64,000 bases of DNA from contig JASVEC010000013.1 in the NCBI GenBank assembly GCA_030770535.1, positions 682,001 through 746,000 of the forward strand, in the 5' to 3' direction. The notes below the pieces were generated by a model. The model saw nothing but the letters and a program-made list of their open reading frames with translations, was not told where the DNA came from and ran no database searches. This document shows, piece after piece, positions 47,884 to 62,022 of this stretch. A program made the translations under genes and the position numbers. Position 1 is the stretch's first letter. Each line of letters starts with the position of its first letter. The stretch comes from Batkoa obscura (lineage: Eukaryota).

Positions 47884-49430
47884 TTATCTACATTTTTATT
47901 CTCTAATATACTCTTGTCTATCTTTTATATTAAACATATTTTATAGTTTTTTGCGTATGAGTTATATTGGTACCTAATATTTTTTTTAAACTCTCAAATG
48001 GACCGAAACCCCAAATGATCTATAAGTGATTATAAATTATTGAAAATAAAGAGTATAATTAAACCACCACCCCTATAGTTTCATATGTTTTTTTGCTAGT
48101 AGTCAATAACTGTCCAAGTAGATCATTGAACCACGCAATTGATCATACTATATAAAAAAGTATGAAAGGTTGTTTTGGCTCTTTAGGGGATGTTAACTTG
48201 TATGTGAATGATAAATCTCTTTAAAATAAAAAGCAGAATTTATCTAAAATCAAGAAACTATGATTTTAAGGATAAAAAGTGTCTCTTAAATTATAGTTTC
48301 GGTTATGTAGACTGGAGCAGACGAACAGTAAGTATAAGTGCTATAAAGTCATAGTGACAAAACAAGTAAAAAACCTGTGATTTATATCAATTTCAAGCAA
48401 TCGGGAAATAAACATTTTGTCATTATCTTTTTTCTTTTTTCTTTTTTGATTTTCATAGTAAAGTCTTGCATTGCTTTATTTAAAATAACATCAGAAGAAG
48501 TAGAAGCCTAGTTTAAGCCGATGGATATTAAAATTGCAGCTCCCTGAGCTTAGAAAAGCCTTAAGATAAAATAGAGAAGGCAGAAATTTGAAAATATAAA
48601 CACGTGGTCAAACTCCATAGTATTGGAAACTGAGTACAACTATTGTGGAATCATGGTCAGCTCATCTCTGAATGAGTCGTTTACACCATGGTAACAAAAG
48701 TTTGTACCTTGAATCAAATATTTTTACGTTATAATTTTTGAAAAATCAATGAGAAAAAGTATCTTTGAAATTGATTGTTGTCAAAGGCTTACAATTCTAA
48801 AGAGGGAGAGAAACCATGAAATGAGTAAAACTTATTTAAAAAAATTATCATTAGATATAGTTAATACAATATAAAAAGTTTATTGATTTGCAGTGATTGG
48901 TGTAAATTTTATCAGCAATACCATTTATCTCTTCTAATAAAGTAGTATTGGTAAAGTATAAAATAGAATTAATAAACTCTTGTGTTTTAACAGAAAAAAA
49001 TAGATACAATGGGTAAAGCCTTTTACATATCAAGACTGATTGGAATGTTAAAAAATAGACTAATGGAGTGAAAAACAACCACATAATAGGTAAGAAGAGG
49101 GACTGAAGGATATAAAATTAATCCGGAAAGAACATAATAGCTTAGTACAGATCCTCCATTGTTAAAACCATGAGATCAATTTTAGTAATTTTCTTTTTTT
49201 TCTATTACGTGATAAGCCACGACTATATATACAATTGATATAATAGCTATTGAAATAAATCCTCCTAATTAGTCACAAAACAAAACCCAACATATAACAG
49301 TATTGCTCGCTTTATACTCACAGTTATCACCAGTGTCGACTTTATTAGCCATTAAAAGTAATAGACTTGTTGTCGAAATACCAATCATGTAACTATAAAT
49401 AAAGGACACTTTAATATTTTCGTAATTCTA

Positions 49431-49534
49431 TATGGGGTGTTTTTTTTGGCTTCATTATTTTTTCCATTTTTTAAGCGCTATTTGAGTGGAAAGATTGTTA
49501 GTAAATTTCTTAAACAAAAAAATATATCCCCATA
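49431..49534 (-). mobile_element. MITE-A copy
   Basis: TATGGGGTGTTTT...GTTAGTA...ATATCCCCATA. Confidence 0.9.
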
Positions 49535-51717
49535 TTAACGCTTTATATTTAAGAAATAGACCATTGCTATTGTTGTTGAATATTATAATGAGCTTGAGAT
49601 ACCAAATGTGTTGAACCATTGATATAAATAACATAACTACAGTGAACTATAGCTTGGTACTAAGGCAAAATATAAAATCCCTTATCAATATATAAAGCGA
49701 TAATCTACGAGTGATCAAATAATATATCTTTTTATTATTATAGGCGATGGTAGAGAATAATAGAAAGCAATATAAAATAAAAATAACTGACATCAAGTTA
49801 GCAAAAAAATCGATAAAGGATGGGATAAAATTGGTATTAAAGTTCATCTTTATAATATAAAATTAAAATAAATTACTTTTATGATACTTAAATATGGTGT
49901 TTTTAGGATATTGAAATCATTGAGGTTTAGTGTGATAACTTAGTATGTTAATTTATTGAAGCAATTTTAATACATTTGAATATCCCAATTTTATTTATTT
50001 TTTATTTTGTTTTCTATTCCGGATATACAGCTGTTGAATTTTAATTGTACAATGTCTAAATGCTCACTCTAAAATAAAAAATTGAGAATTGAGCTACAAA
50101 AACCAATATTTTAAAATTATTTATTCTAAAAAGCGAATACTAGTTGCTTTACAATTGAACTTTAACAGCTATAATTATAATATAAGTTATTTAAGGAACT
50201 TACCAAACCATAAATGCTTACAGTGTAAAATTCATTTAAAGCAACCAAACAAAAGGTCTCTTTTTTCTTGTTGAAAGGCTTACACCCCAAGTGCTCTACT
50301 ATATACACTAAAAAACTTAATACTTGGGTCATCCGATTTAAGAGATAAACCATCAACGGAGCCTTCGTGAGAGAGAAGGAACTGAGTCTAATTGGTTTTT
50401 ACTTTTAGTAGATGTTAAAATACAAAGTGAGGTACAAGTCACTTCTGATCTTTAGAGGGTTTCCTACTGGGCGGTGAAGAAGTTGGGATTGAAGGGGGAG
50501 CTATAGCTCCAGTGGGTTAAACTAGAAGCTGTAAACCCATTGTTTATAATCCCGAATCCTATGTAAATCATGAGAGTTTTTGTTAATATAAGTTAATGAG
50601 CAAATCTTGAAAATAGTTTAGTAAAACCTAAAAAAGGGGAAGCTTACTACATCTGGGTAATATCTTTTAGTACTTATAAAAATGCAGAGGTGAGGGTGGT
50701 AGAGTATTAGGCAAGTCGATAGATTAGTAATTCATCTACTGAATTGCATTGAAACATCATATTGACATAAGTTTAAATTTAACAATAGTAAAAAGAGAGA
50801 AAAGGCTATATAACCAAATCTTGAAAGGATAATAAAAATTGATAACTTTAAAGTTTAATTGTTTAACTTTTTTTAATAAATAATAATCATTAGCATTTAA
50901 AGTTATAAAACCAAAGACAAAAGGAAGTGTTTTATTAGATAAATATGAATAAAGGGGGCGGAAAATTTTAAATGAGTTAGGAGTTTTTAAAAGGAGTTGA
51001 CTTTCAAAAAAGGCTTTTCAAAGTCGAAGATTTACTTGTTCAAATGAGCAAATTGTACAATAAAAATGTAATATCGTTTTTGTCAAATATATTAAAAAAG
51101 CCATTTGTTTTAATATAGTATGATGTTCCATAATTATACAAATTAATATAAAACCTTCAATGCTGATTTAATTGTATGAATTCTTTTAATAGATCACATT
51201 TGATAAAACTATAAATATTCTTAGACTATATCTCTATTTTATAAAAGTGGCATAGAAATAAGAGCATTCTGACTATTAAGACGTTGTATTAATGTATTTG
51301 ATGAGCCTTTAAATTAATTAATAACTGTATTATAATTACATTTTAACTAGTTAAAATGCTAACACTTAAGCTAAAACTGTACCTTTAAAAATTCACTATA
51401 AATAGATCAAGGTCAACACCGTAAGTAATATTAATGATAAATAAATAAGTGGAAAAAAATAACATTTATATGAAAATTTAATCTAAAATTTAAACTATTA
51501 CTATTTTTATGAATAAGAATTTCGTGCAAAATGTAATTTCATCCAAATTAAGAAGTTAAAATTTACTAATTTACAGCAAATTTTTAGACTGGAATCCCAA
51601 TATTTCATACCTTTACTAATTAATATTCACCATAATTTAATCCTATTTAAACAACCCTTTAATATCTTTCTTCTTTCAAAAAAATTATCCTATTTAATCT
51701 ATCTAATATACTAACTA

Positions 51718-52515
51718 ATGTCCGGAAGCACCCATTGCCTATGCTACAGCTATCCAAGCACACCAATATTAACTAACTATGAGGTCCTTGACTGTTCGCG
51801 ATCAATAAGAGAGATAGCATCGTATTACAAATTTAAAACGAAAGTAACCAAAAGAAACCTATTTGAGGGCTTAAAAATAAAAACGATACACGGAGAAGAT
51901 GTACTAATGAGCGACATATGGAAAGGACAAACAGTAATTATTAAAGTATTATCAAGATTAGGTTGCTGTTTATGTAAACAAGAAGCTAAAATGATGTCAG
52001 ATATGCAACCTTTATTTGAGAAACACAATGTGCGTCTGATAGCTATAGCATTTGAAGATGTGGATTTACACTCTTTTTTATCTTTAGGATATTGGCGGTG
52101 GGATATTTATTTAGATCCAGAAAGAAAAGTTTATAAAGCTGCTGGATTAACAAGGATCACTAGGTTATATCAAATGTCTTGTATGATGTCCAAATACTTT
52201 ATGAAAATAATGTTACGTTTAAAATTGAAAGGGGTCCCTAATAACCTTACTGGTGATTTACGTCAGCTTGGTGGTACCTTTGTTATTGATCCGGAAGGTC
52301 GAATGATTTATGATTTTCGACCAAAAAAAATGGCACATTTCCCTAGCTTAAGAGAAATCTATGCTTTAATTGGTGGGGATCCTAGTGATCTGGATGAAGA
52401 TACTGAAGAAATTGGTAGTGAGTATTTTTATACTCGTGAAAGATTAGAATTGAGTTTTGGTGCCCAATCTATTTCTATGCTTTCTTCAAGATCTTCGGAC
52501 ACAAGTAGTATTTAA
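51718..52515 (+). CDS. AhpC/TSA-type redoxin, paralogue 7, CCLC motif
   Basis: KVLSRLGCCLCK, GDLRQLGGTFVIDP; flanks homologous to those of paralogue 6; 265 aa. Confidence 0.88.
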   Translation: MSGSTHCLCYSYPSTPILTNYEVLDCSRSIREIASYYKFKTKVTKRNLFEGLKIKTIHGEDVLMSDIWKGQTVIIKVLSRLGCCLCKQEAKMMSDMQPLFEKHNVRLIAIAFEDVDLHSFLSLGYWRWDIYLDPERKVYKAAGLTRITRLYQMSCMMSKYFMKIMLRLKLKGVPNNLTGDLRQLGGTFVIDPEGRMIYDFRPKKMAHFPSLREIYALIGGDPSDLDEDTEEIGSEYFYTRERLELSFGAQSISMLSSRSSDTSSI

Positions 52516-52942
52516 TTTTTTATAATTGTTATTAAAAATCAGCTAATTTTTTATTTGTATTTGATTTGTATGATTTAATTTGATTTGAAATATTATTAAA
52601 TTTAATACCATTTAGTTAACCTCATCATTGATTTTAGCTTTAACACTTTATCATGTAGTCTAACCTAATAAATTTATGATTGGATTGAATCCTCTAAAAA
52701 CCAATGAATAGTTTAGTGAGGAGTAAAACCTTAAAAACTATGTTAGAATTCTAGAATCACTTATATATAATATTATAGTGTCCCATCATTTGTCTGATTA
52801 TGACTTTATTGTAAAAATGTGCAATAAAATATCAATAGCTTATTTTGTATGCAAACGTCTTTTTTTATCTCAACACTTATGAGAAAATTAAATTACGCTG
52901 CATAAAAATGGACAAACAATTGAAACTAGAAGTTTTTTCCTA

Positions 52943-53046
52943 TATGGGGGTGTTTTTTTTGGCTTCATTATTTTTTCCATTTTTTAAGCGCTATTTGAGT
53001 GGAAAGATTGTTAGTAAAATTCTTAAACACAAAAATACATCCCATA
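52943..53046 (-). mobile_element. MITE-A copy
   Basis: TATGGGGGTGTTTT...GTTAGTA...ATACATCCCCATA. Confidence 0.92.
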
Positions 53047-53117
53047 TGATCTTTTTTTAAATCTTTCTTGTTGGAAATTAAAATCTTATTTCATGGAAAA
53101 TTATCAAGACACTGAAA

Positions 53118-53260
53118 TTAATTTAAACATGAACTTTCTTACATAATTTGATAGTTTCATAAATTAAATCTTGTGATATAGTTAGTAAAGTCTTAGCCAT
53201 AAGCTAGCAGATATCTAATGAAACTATCAAACTATATAAGAAAATTCACATTTAAATTAA
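53118..53260. repeat. Fold-back element: 43-bp inverted arms with 5 mismatches
   Basis: TTAATTTAAACATGAACTTTCTTACATAATTTGATAGTTTCAT (53118-53160) vs ATGAAACTATCAAACTATATAAGAAAATTCACATTTAAATTAA (53218-53260). Confidence 0.8.
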
Positions 53261-53476
53261 TATAGAAGTGGTCTATGGGTATGTGTTCCAGACAACAATA
53301 TCATAATAGCTTTTATAATTGTGTTGCTAGTGTGAACAAAATGATATAATGAAAAAGACATTTTTATAATTATAATAAAATACAGATAACAATTAACTAT
53401 TAAAAGTTCATTTATTTAAAATAGTTTATAAATTTAATCTCAAAAGTAATAAAATAAGGATAAATTAAACACAAAA

Positions 53477-55640
<2,164 letters not shown>

Positions 55641-56839
55641 TTAGTTAGTTTTAGTTTTGTAAGAAAAAAGATTTTAAAATGGAAAATGCAGTGGTATTTA
55701 TACTATTGATTTTAGAAGTTCTAAACTAGTACAAGTGAATGAAAATTGAATGTGGATTATGATTTGTTTGAATTGCTATTTATAGTGTTTTAACATTCAC
55801 ACATGGAATTCTAAAATCTCCTTTTCTCCCCTGAAACTAAGTCGACGTCATTGCCTTCTTATCAATCTTTTGTTGGTGGATTATAAAACAGAACCAATTA
55901 AAAACCACTTCAATCTATAAAGATCAGAGAAAATTAAAAAAAAACAAAACGTATTGAGTTATCACCAATAGAATAACTATTTAAAAATAGGATTAAATTT
56001 GTTAGAATAAATATTAAAAATAACTTTGAATTTTATTTAACTGAAATTTATTAATAAAGAATAAAGAAAAAATTAGACCGCAATTAAAATTTATCCAATA
56101 GCTTGAATAAAAGTATACTTTTGCTTATCTCAACTTATTAGTTTATTGTTACAATAGATAAGCTTAATTTAATTTTTGAATAAAAAATAAAATTCTATAA
56201 ATAAATCTTAGTTCGACTGATGTTCGGTATATTAACGTTATCATATATTTCAATATAATTTACTATTTATAAAACAATCTATAAACATTGTTACTGATTT
56301 TTAATAAATTAAAGTTCTTTACTTTATATATAAATAATCACTACACTTAGAAAACGTTTTCAAAAAATTTGAGCATTCTGCCTTTCATATGTTAAACTTC
56401 CAACGTTATCTATTATACTATATGAAAATCAAAATCAAATAATCGAATATAATATATTCATTAGTAATCTAACTAATTAAAGTAAACTGATATCTTATAT
56501 TTGAAAAGTTTACTTATTATTGGCCATGTTTAATCCAAAAATCAAAGGTTTGATTTTTAAATTAGATTTAAAAATAGAAAAGATAATATTGAAATTCAAT
56601 AGCTTAAAAGTGCTAGAGGTTCTATTATAATATTGATAGTAAAATATTAATTTATGATTAAAGTTTGTAATTTAGGATGTAATGTTTAAGAACTGTAAAA
56701 GATAAACATATGAAAATTATGTTTATTTTTAAACTTTTTACAATATTTTACTTTAAATTTTTACTAATTATTGCATGTGATCCGTTTAAACAAGGACCTT
56801 GATTTTTAAAAAGATTTCCTTACAGTAGAGTAAATTGCA

Positions 56840-56979
56840 CAGTTAGATGACTTTTGTTATTTTTAATTTGCGCTTAGCTTTTTTTAATATGAATCTGATG
56901 CCTATATCAAGCTTTAAAGCCATTAAATTCATTAAAAAAAGTTAAGCGCAAATTAAAAATAACAAAAGTCATCTAACTA
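56840..56979. mobile_element. Near-perfect ~140-bp fold-back / MITE-C
   Basis: 48-bp arms with one mismatch (AGTTAGATGACTTTTGTTATTTTTAATTTGCGCTTAGCTTTTTTTAAT and its reverse complement ending at 56978); imperfect pairing continues inward; left end begins CAGT, right end followed by TA. Confidence 0.75.
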
Positions 56980-57628
56980 TAACCTGTTTGACAAGACACT
57001 TTGAGAGTTTATACTCCAGAATTAAAAAATATACATATATCTCTTTTAAAGTTCTAAAGTAAAATAAAGTAAAATGTTAGAGGTTATAATGCTAAATCTA
57101 ACTTTATAATTAAAAGTTCAATTCTTTTTCATATAACAACTTTATTTAATACTATTTATTGAAACTAAAATTGAAACTATTTAATACAAATTTTTGATTT
57201 ATTACTTAAAAATAGTAAACATTATCGATTGCAACAGCAAACTATTTTATAGTTCAAATGTAAAATAGTTCAGTGAGAATGTTTCACAAAGGCAACACTA
57301 TACCCCTAGGATCTTTTATTTAGCTAAAAAATGAAATTGTTAAAATAGTATATTAGAGCATTTTGTTTTGCTATTTATTTCTTAATTATTTTTAAAGTTT
57401 ACAATAAACATGAATACTTTTTATAATCACCTTTGTAGATATGATTAAAATTTGATTTATTTAAAATCAAAATTTTTAAAATACTGTTATTAATATGATT
57501 AATAAATGATCATTTATTCAAAAAAAACTATATTAAAAACAACAAGCTTTCTCAATTTTTCATTTATTTTAATTTCTTTAAAAATTAAATTTATAATCCC
57601 TTACTTCATCAATCATATCAATCCTCTT

Positions 57629-60600
57629 TTATTTCTCCGCTTTAACTTCAGGTATGAAATTTGGATTTTTCTTCAAAATAACGACACCTTCAAGTATACT
57701 CTTAACTGGAATATACTCATCTGTAGCCAATTCAGCTCTTTCACCATATGATAATAAAACTGGTGTTTCATGTGTTTGAAATCCAGTTATAGTTTTTGGA
57801 TTACCTGCTTGACCGACGGTATCAACTGCTTGACCAACTCTTACTGTAGTTTCAATATGTTCCCCTTCTTCATCAACTGTAATCAAAAATCTTGGGTACA
57901 TGGCAGTCACTAGATAATATAAGAAATGTTTTGCTTGATCTAATATTAAATTTTTGGAATCGGTGAAAGCAAGTAAACAGGCCAATAAACCAGTTAAGGC
58001 ATTAGAGGATAAAATATTACGATCCGTATGGAATGGATGAAGACTCATCGTTCCTTTACCCATATAAACTAAGCCCTATATATTAAAATCAAAAGTTAAA
58101 CATCTCTTCTATAATACTAATAGTTAACAAAACTTACCTGAGCAATACGAACCATAAATAGGCAATTATTTTCTTTAGCATAATAGACAGCTAATTGACG
58201 TAACATTTGAGCAATACGAGCATTATTGGTACCTGCACCTACTAATCCCATAGCAAAGATAGCATTGAGAGCAACATCCAAATCATTGTCATGAGAATAT
58301 TTACTTAAATTATCTAAAACATTAAGCTTTGGATTAGAAGCACATAAAAGTCCAAGGGCTAATGGTACAGTACGACGAATTACTGGTTCTCCATAATGCA
58401 TCTATTATAAATATATAAGTAAGTTATTTATTATGTTAATACAATAATAATTACCAAATGACCAAAGATTCTTAATACCATTTCAGAACCAATATCTTCA
58501 CCCAAAGCTACTAAAGCCATACCCAATACAGCAAATACTTGATGAAGATCGCTATCTTTTTTGGGATCAATATGTTCATTGCATTCATTTAATAAACTTT
58601 GAATAATATCTACATCACCAGTACCTATAATATTATATTAATATCAAATAGTATACAAATATCAAAATAATTAACCTACCTGCATAAGCACAAGCATTAA
58701 GTAAATTAAGGAAAGCGTTGCCCACTGGATGAGAAATTGCACGAATGGTTTCACAAATGGATTCAATTTTCTCGGGTTTGCCTAAGAAAGCTAAGGCTAA
58801 TCCAAGTCCCATAAAACGACAAAATGGAGAATCTAAATCTTCGGCTGGTCTTTCCATTAAAGTTTGTAAAATAGGTCCAGTAACATCATCATTATGACAT
58901 TGTCCAACATTATTTAAACCTAAAGATAAGGCAGCTAATGAGGCGACAGTTATATCACTATTTGGATCATTTACTAAAGGACTTAATAATTCAGTTAATC
59001 CAGCATTATCAGAACCAGTATAAGCTAAACCAAGACTACACGACAATATATTAGTATGATATTATATAATATTATTATTTAAATTACCCCATAATACAAG
59101 CCATTCTTAAATAAAAATCATTTGAATTAACATGCTCACCTAAAAGAGCAAGTGCTGGATCCGATTCAAGTCTAAGTCGATTACATGCCATACCCATACC
59201 TAAGAAAGCACCTGCCTATTTATAATAATGATAAAGATATATTAATATTATGATTAGTAATAAATATTATAATCAAATACTTACTTTAATATAAGGATCA
59301 TCGGAATAAGTATATCTATCAATAGTAGCAAAAGCTTCATCCGTATTCCAAAGTAAAATTAAACCAATAGAAGCAGTTGCACTTAATTTACCTAAAAAAC
59401 AATGAATTAATTACATTATCTATTATAATATGATATAGTATATTAAATAATCTTACCATCATCTTTATTTCTATGGATCCAATCATCATCTTGTTCTGAT
59501 GGATTAACTACTAATTTGTCATTGGAAAACCCAGCATTAACAAAACCATTAACAAAAGAAGAAGCTAAGTTGAATTGAGCAGAATCTAAATTAGAGCCAC
59601 CATAACCACCACGATGATTTTCTAAATGTACTTTATAAATATCTTTAGGTAATTTAGGTTCTTTAAAATCTAATTTATCCGCCATATATTCAAAATTTTG
59701 ATGTAATAAGGTATTAGTAATGATACTAATCATTCTTTCATCATCAGTATCAATGGCTTTAAATTGACGTGCTAAGATATAACTAACTTGCTTTTGTACA
59801 GCTCTATAATTTAAATATATTAATATTAACTTATTATCACAGTTTATATTGTTATTTACTTATCCTCGGCTGAACTTAAAAACGCTTCTTCCATTAATTC
59901 ATAAGAATCTAATTTAATAGCAAATATCATTGCATTTGGATAATCTTTGAATTTTAAATAAATAGCACAAATAGTTTTTAAAACTTCGGTTCTTTCATGG
60001 GGTTGATAATAACTAGCACAACTATAATAATTATAATTAAAAATTTTAAAAAATCATTATTTAAAAATATAATATTACCTATTCATATATAAACAAACTC
60101 TTTTAAAATTTTCTTCATCTACTAAATCAATAATATCTCTAATATATTCCGATTCAATTAATAAATCCACAGCATCAGCTTCAGCATTATGTTTTAAAAA
60201 GAAAGGAACAATTTGTTTAGTTAATTGATATAATCTTTTATGATGGTTTTGAATTTCATCATAGTCTGTAAATGTATCTTTAATTTTCCCCAAGTCTTGA
60301 CCAATTTCCAAAGCTAAAGTACGAATATATTCATGACCCCAAGAAATAATATCTTCTTCTGAACCTAATAAACGATATTTTAAAGCTATCCTATCGTCTT
60401 GCTTTCCATAAGACATCCCAATAATAGATAATACATCTGCTAATAAAACCTTTCTATTACTATCGTCTTCTAACCAATTTTCATAAACTTCTTCTAAGCG
60501 CACAAAAAATCGAATTAAAAATTTTAATGGTTTAGGTACCGAAGTCATTGAACTGGTACTAGTTTTGATGATTTTATGTAACTCTTGTAAACTAGCTTCG

Positions 60601-60767
60601 TGTTCACTATCGCTCCCAGTTTCTAAAGTTTCCACTATTTTGGTTAAAGAATCTAATAATTCTTGATCTTCTTCACTTAATTCATCTACTTCTTCTTTAA
60701 CTTCTTTTTTAGAGTCCTTCTTTGACTTAACGTTAGTCTCCTTGATCTCACTTTCTTTTAATGTCAT
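57629..60767 (-). CDS. RPN1: 26S proteasome regulatory subunit Rpn1 (multi-exon)
   Basis: [99 protein letters not shown]. Confidence 0.97.
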
Positions 60768-61225
60768 TTTGTATTTTTACTTAAAAAACAACTTAATGCT
60801 TGGTTTTATTTCACTTAACAACTTAGAAAATACGTAATCATTCAATTGCTTAAAGCTAGTCCCATAATTTGATTCGTTTAAAGGGAATGTTTTTGGAGTT
60901 TTGTTAATTTAATTGGTTGGAGGATTTTTTAGTGCTTTTCCGTACATTAGTAAAGAATGGTTTAAAATAAAGCTTTTAGCTACTAGGAAGTATTATAGAT
61001 ATTTAATGTTAATGTATAGAATGTTGATTATTTTTATTAATATAAATATGTGAAATTTTGAATAATAATATACTAAAAAAAGATAATAAGCAAAATAAAG
61101 TAGAATGACAATGTTTTTTACATTTATAGTATTTAAATAAGATTTTTGACTTAAACTAAAAAGTGCCAACTTATTTTTGCTTAAAAAATCCATAACAAAA
61201 CTAAAAAATCGACTTTTTTTTTAAA

Positions 61226-61854
61226 ATGACAGAAATCACTAACCCTTTAGTATGGATTGATTGTGAGATGAGTGGATTGAATATTGAAACAGATAAATTA
61301 TTAGAAATAAGTGTTATTATAACAGATGATAATTTAACTCAAACTATCCAAGGCCCTAATTTGATCATCAAACAAGAAAAATCTTTATTAGATAATATGG
61401 ACGAATGGTGTACCACACATCACAAAGAATCTGGATTAACAGAGAAAGTATTACAATCTACTATTACAGAAACTGAGGCTGAGGAAGTTATTATAGGGTT
61501 TTTGAAGAAGCATATTAAAAAAGAAAAAGTTGCTTTATTAGCAGGAAATTCAGTTCATATGGATAAATTTTTCTTAATTAAATATATGCCAAAGATTATT
61601 AACTTTTTGCATTATAGAATCATAGGTAAATTAATTATAGAGATTTTGAATAATCTTTTTTCATAATAGAATTTTTAATTAATTTATTTATTTATTTAGA
61701 TGTTAGTGTTATTAAGGAATTGACTAATCGATGGTTACCAGAAAAATCTGCTATGACACCAAAGAAAAAATTAAATCATAGAGCTTTAGATGATATCTTG
61801 GAAAGTATTGAAGAGCTAAAGTTTTATAGGAAAATGATTTTTAATAAAGATTAA
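61226..61854 (+). CDS. REX2: Oligoribonuclease (DEDDh), 2 exons
   Basis: Exon1 61226-61625, exon2 61700-61854. [57 protein letters not shown]. Confidence 0.95.
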
Positions 61855-62022
61855 TTATATTCATAATTAATGTTATTTTAATATTGAAAATATCTAGTTT
61901 TTTAAATTTTTAGTTAAACCAATTAAAATGAACTTTGATGATTAGTTAAACTTAAAAGATTAAGATGAACTTAATTTTTAATTTTTAGTTTTAATTATTG
62001 TTATTATTATTATTATTGTAAA

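Noticed and set aside
14457..53046. Dispersed ~100-bp repeats as a CRISPR array or SINE
   Set aside because: Copies are scattered in both orientations without regular spacers, and have terminal inverted repeats with TA flanks rather than Pol III boxes or a poly(A) tail.
52845..53060. 71-aa ORF
   Set aside because: Non-ATG start and more than half is translation through a MITE-A copy.
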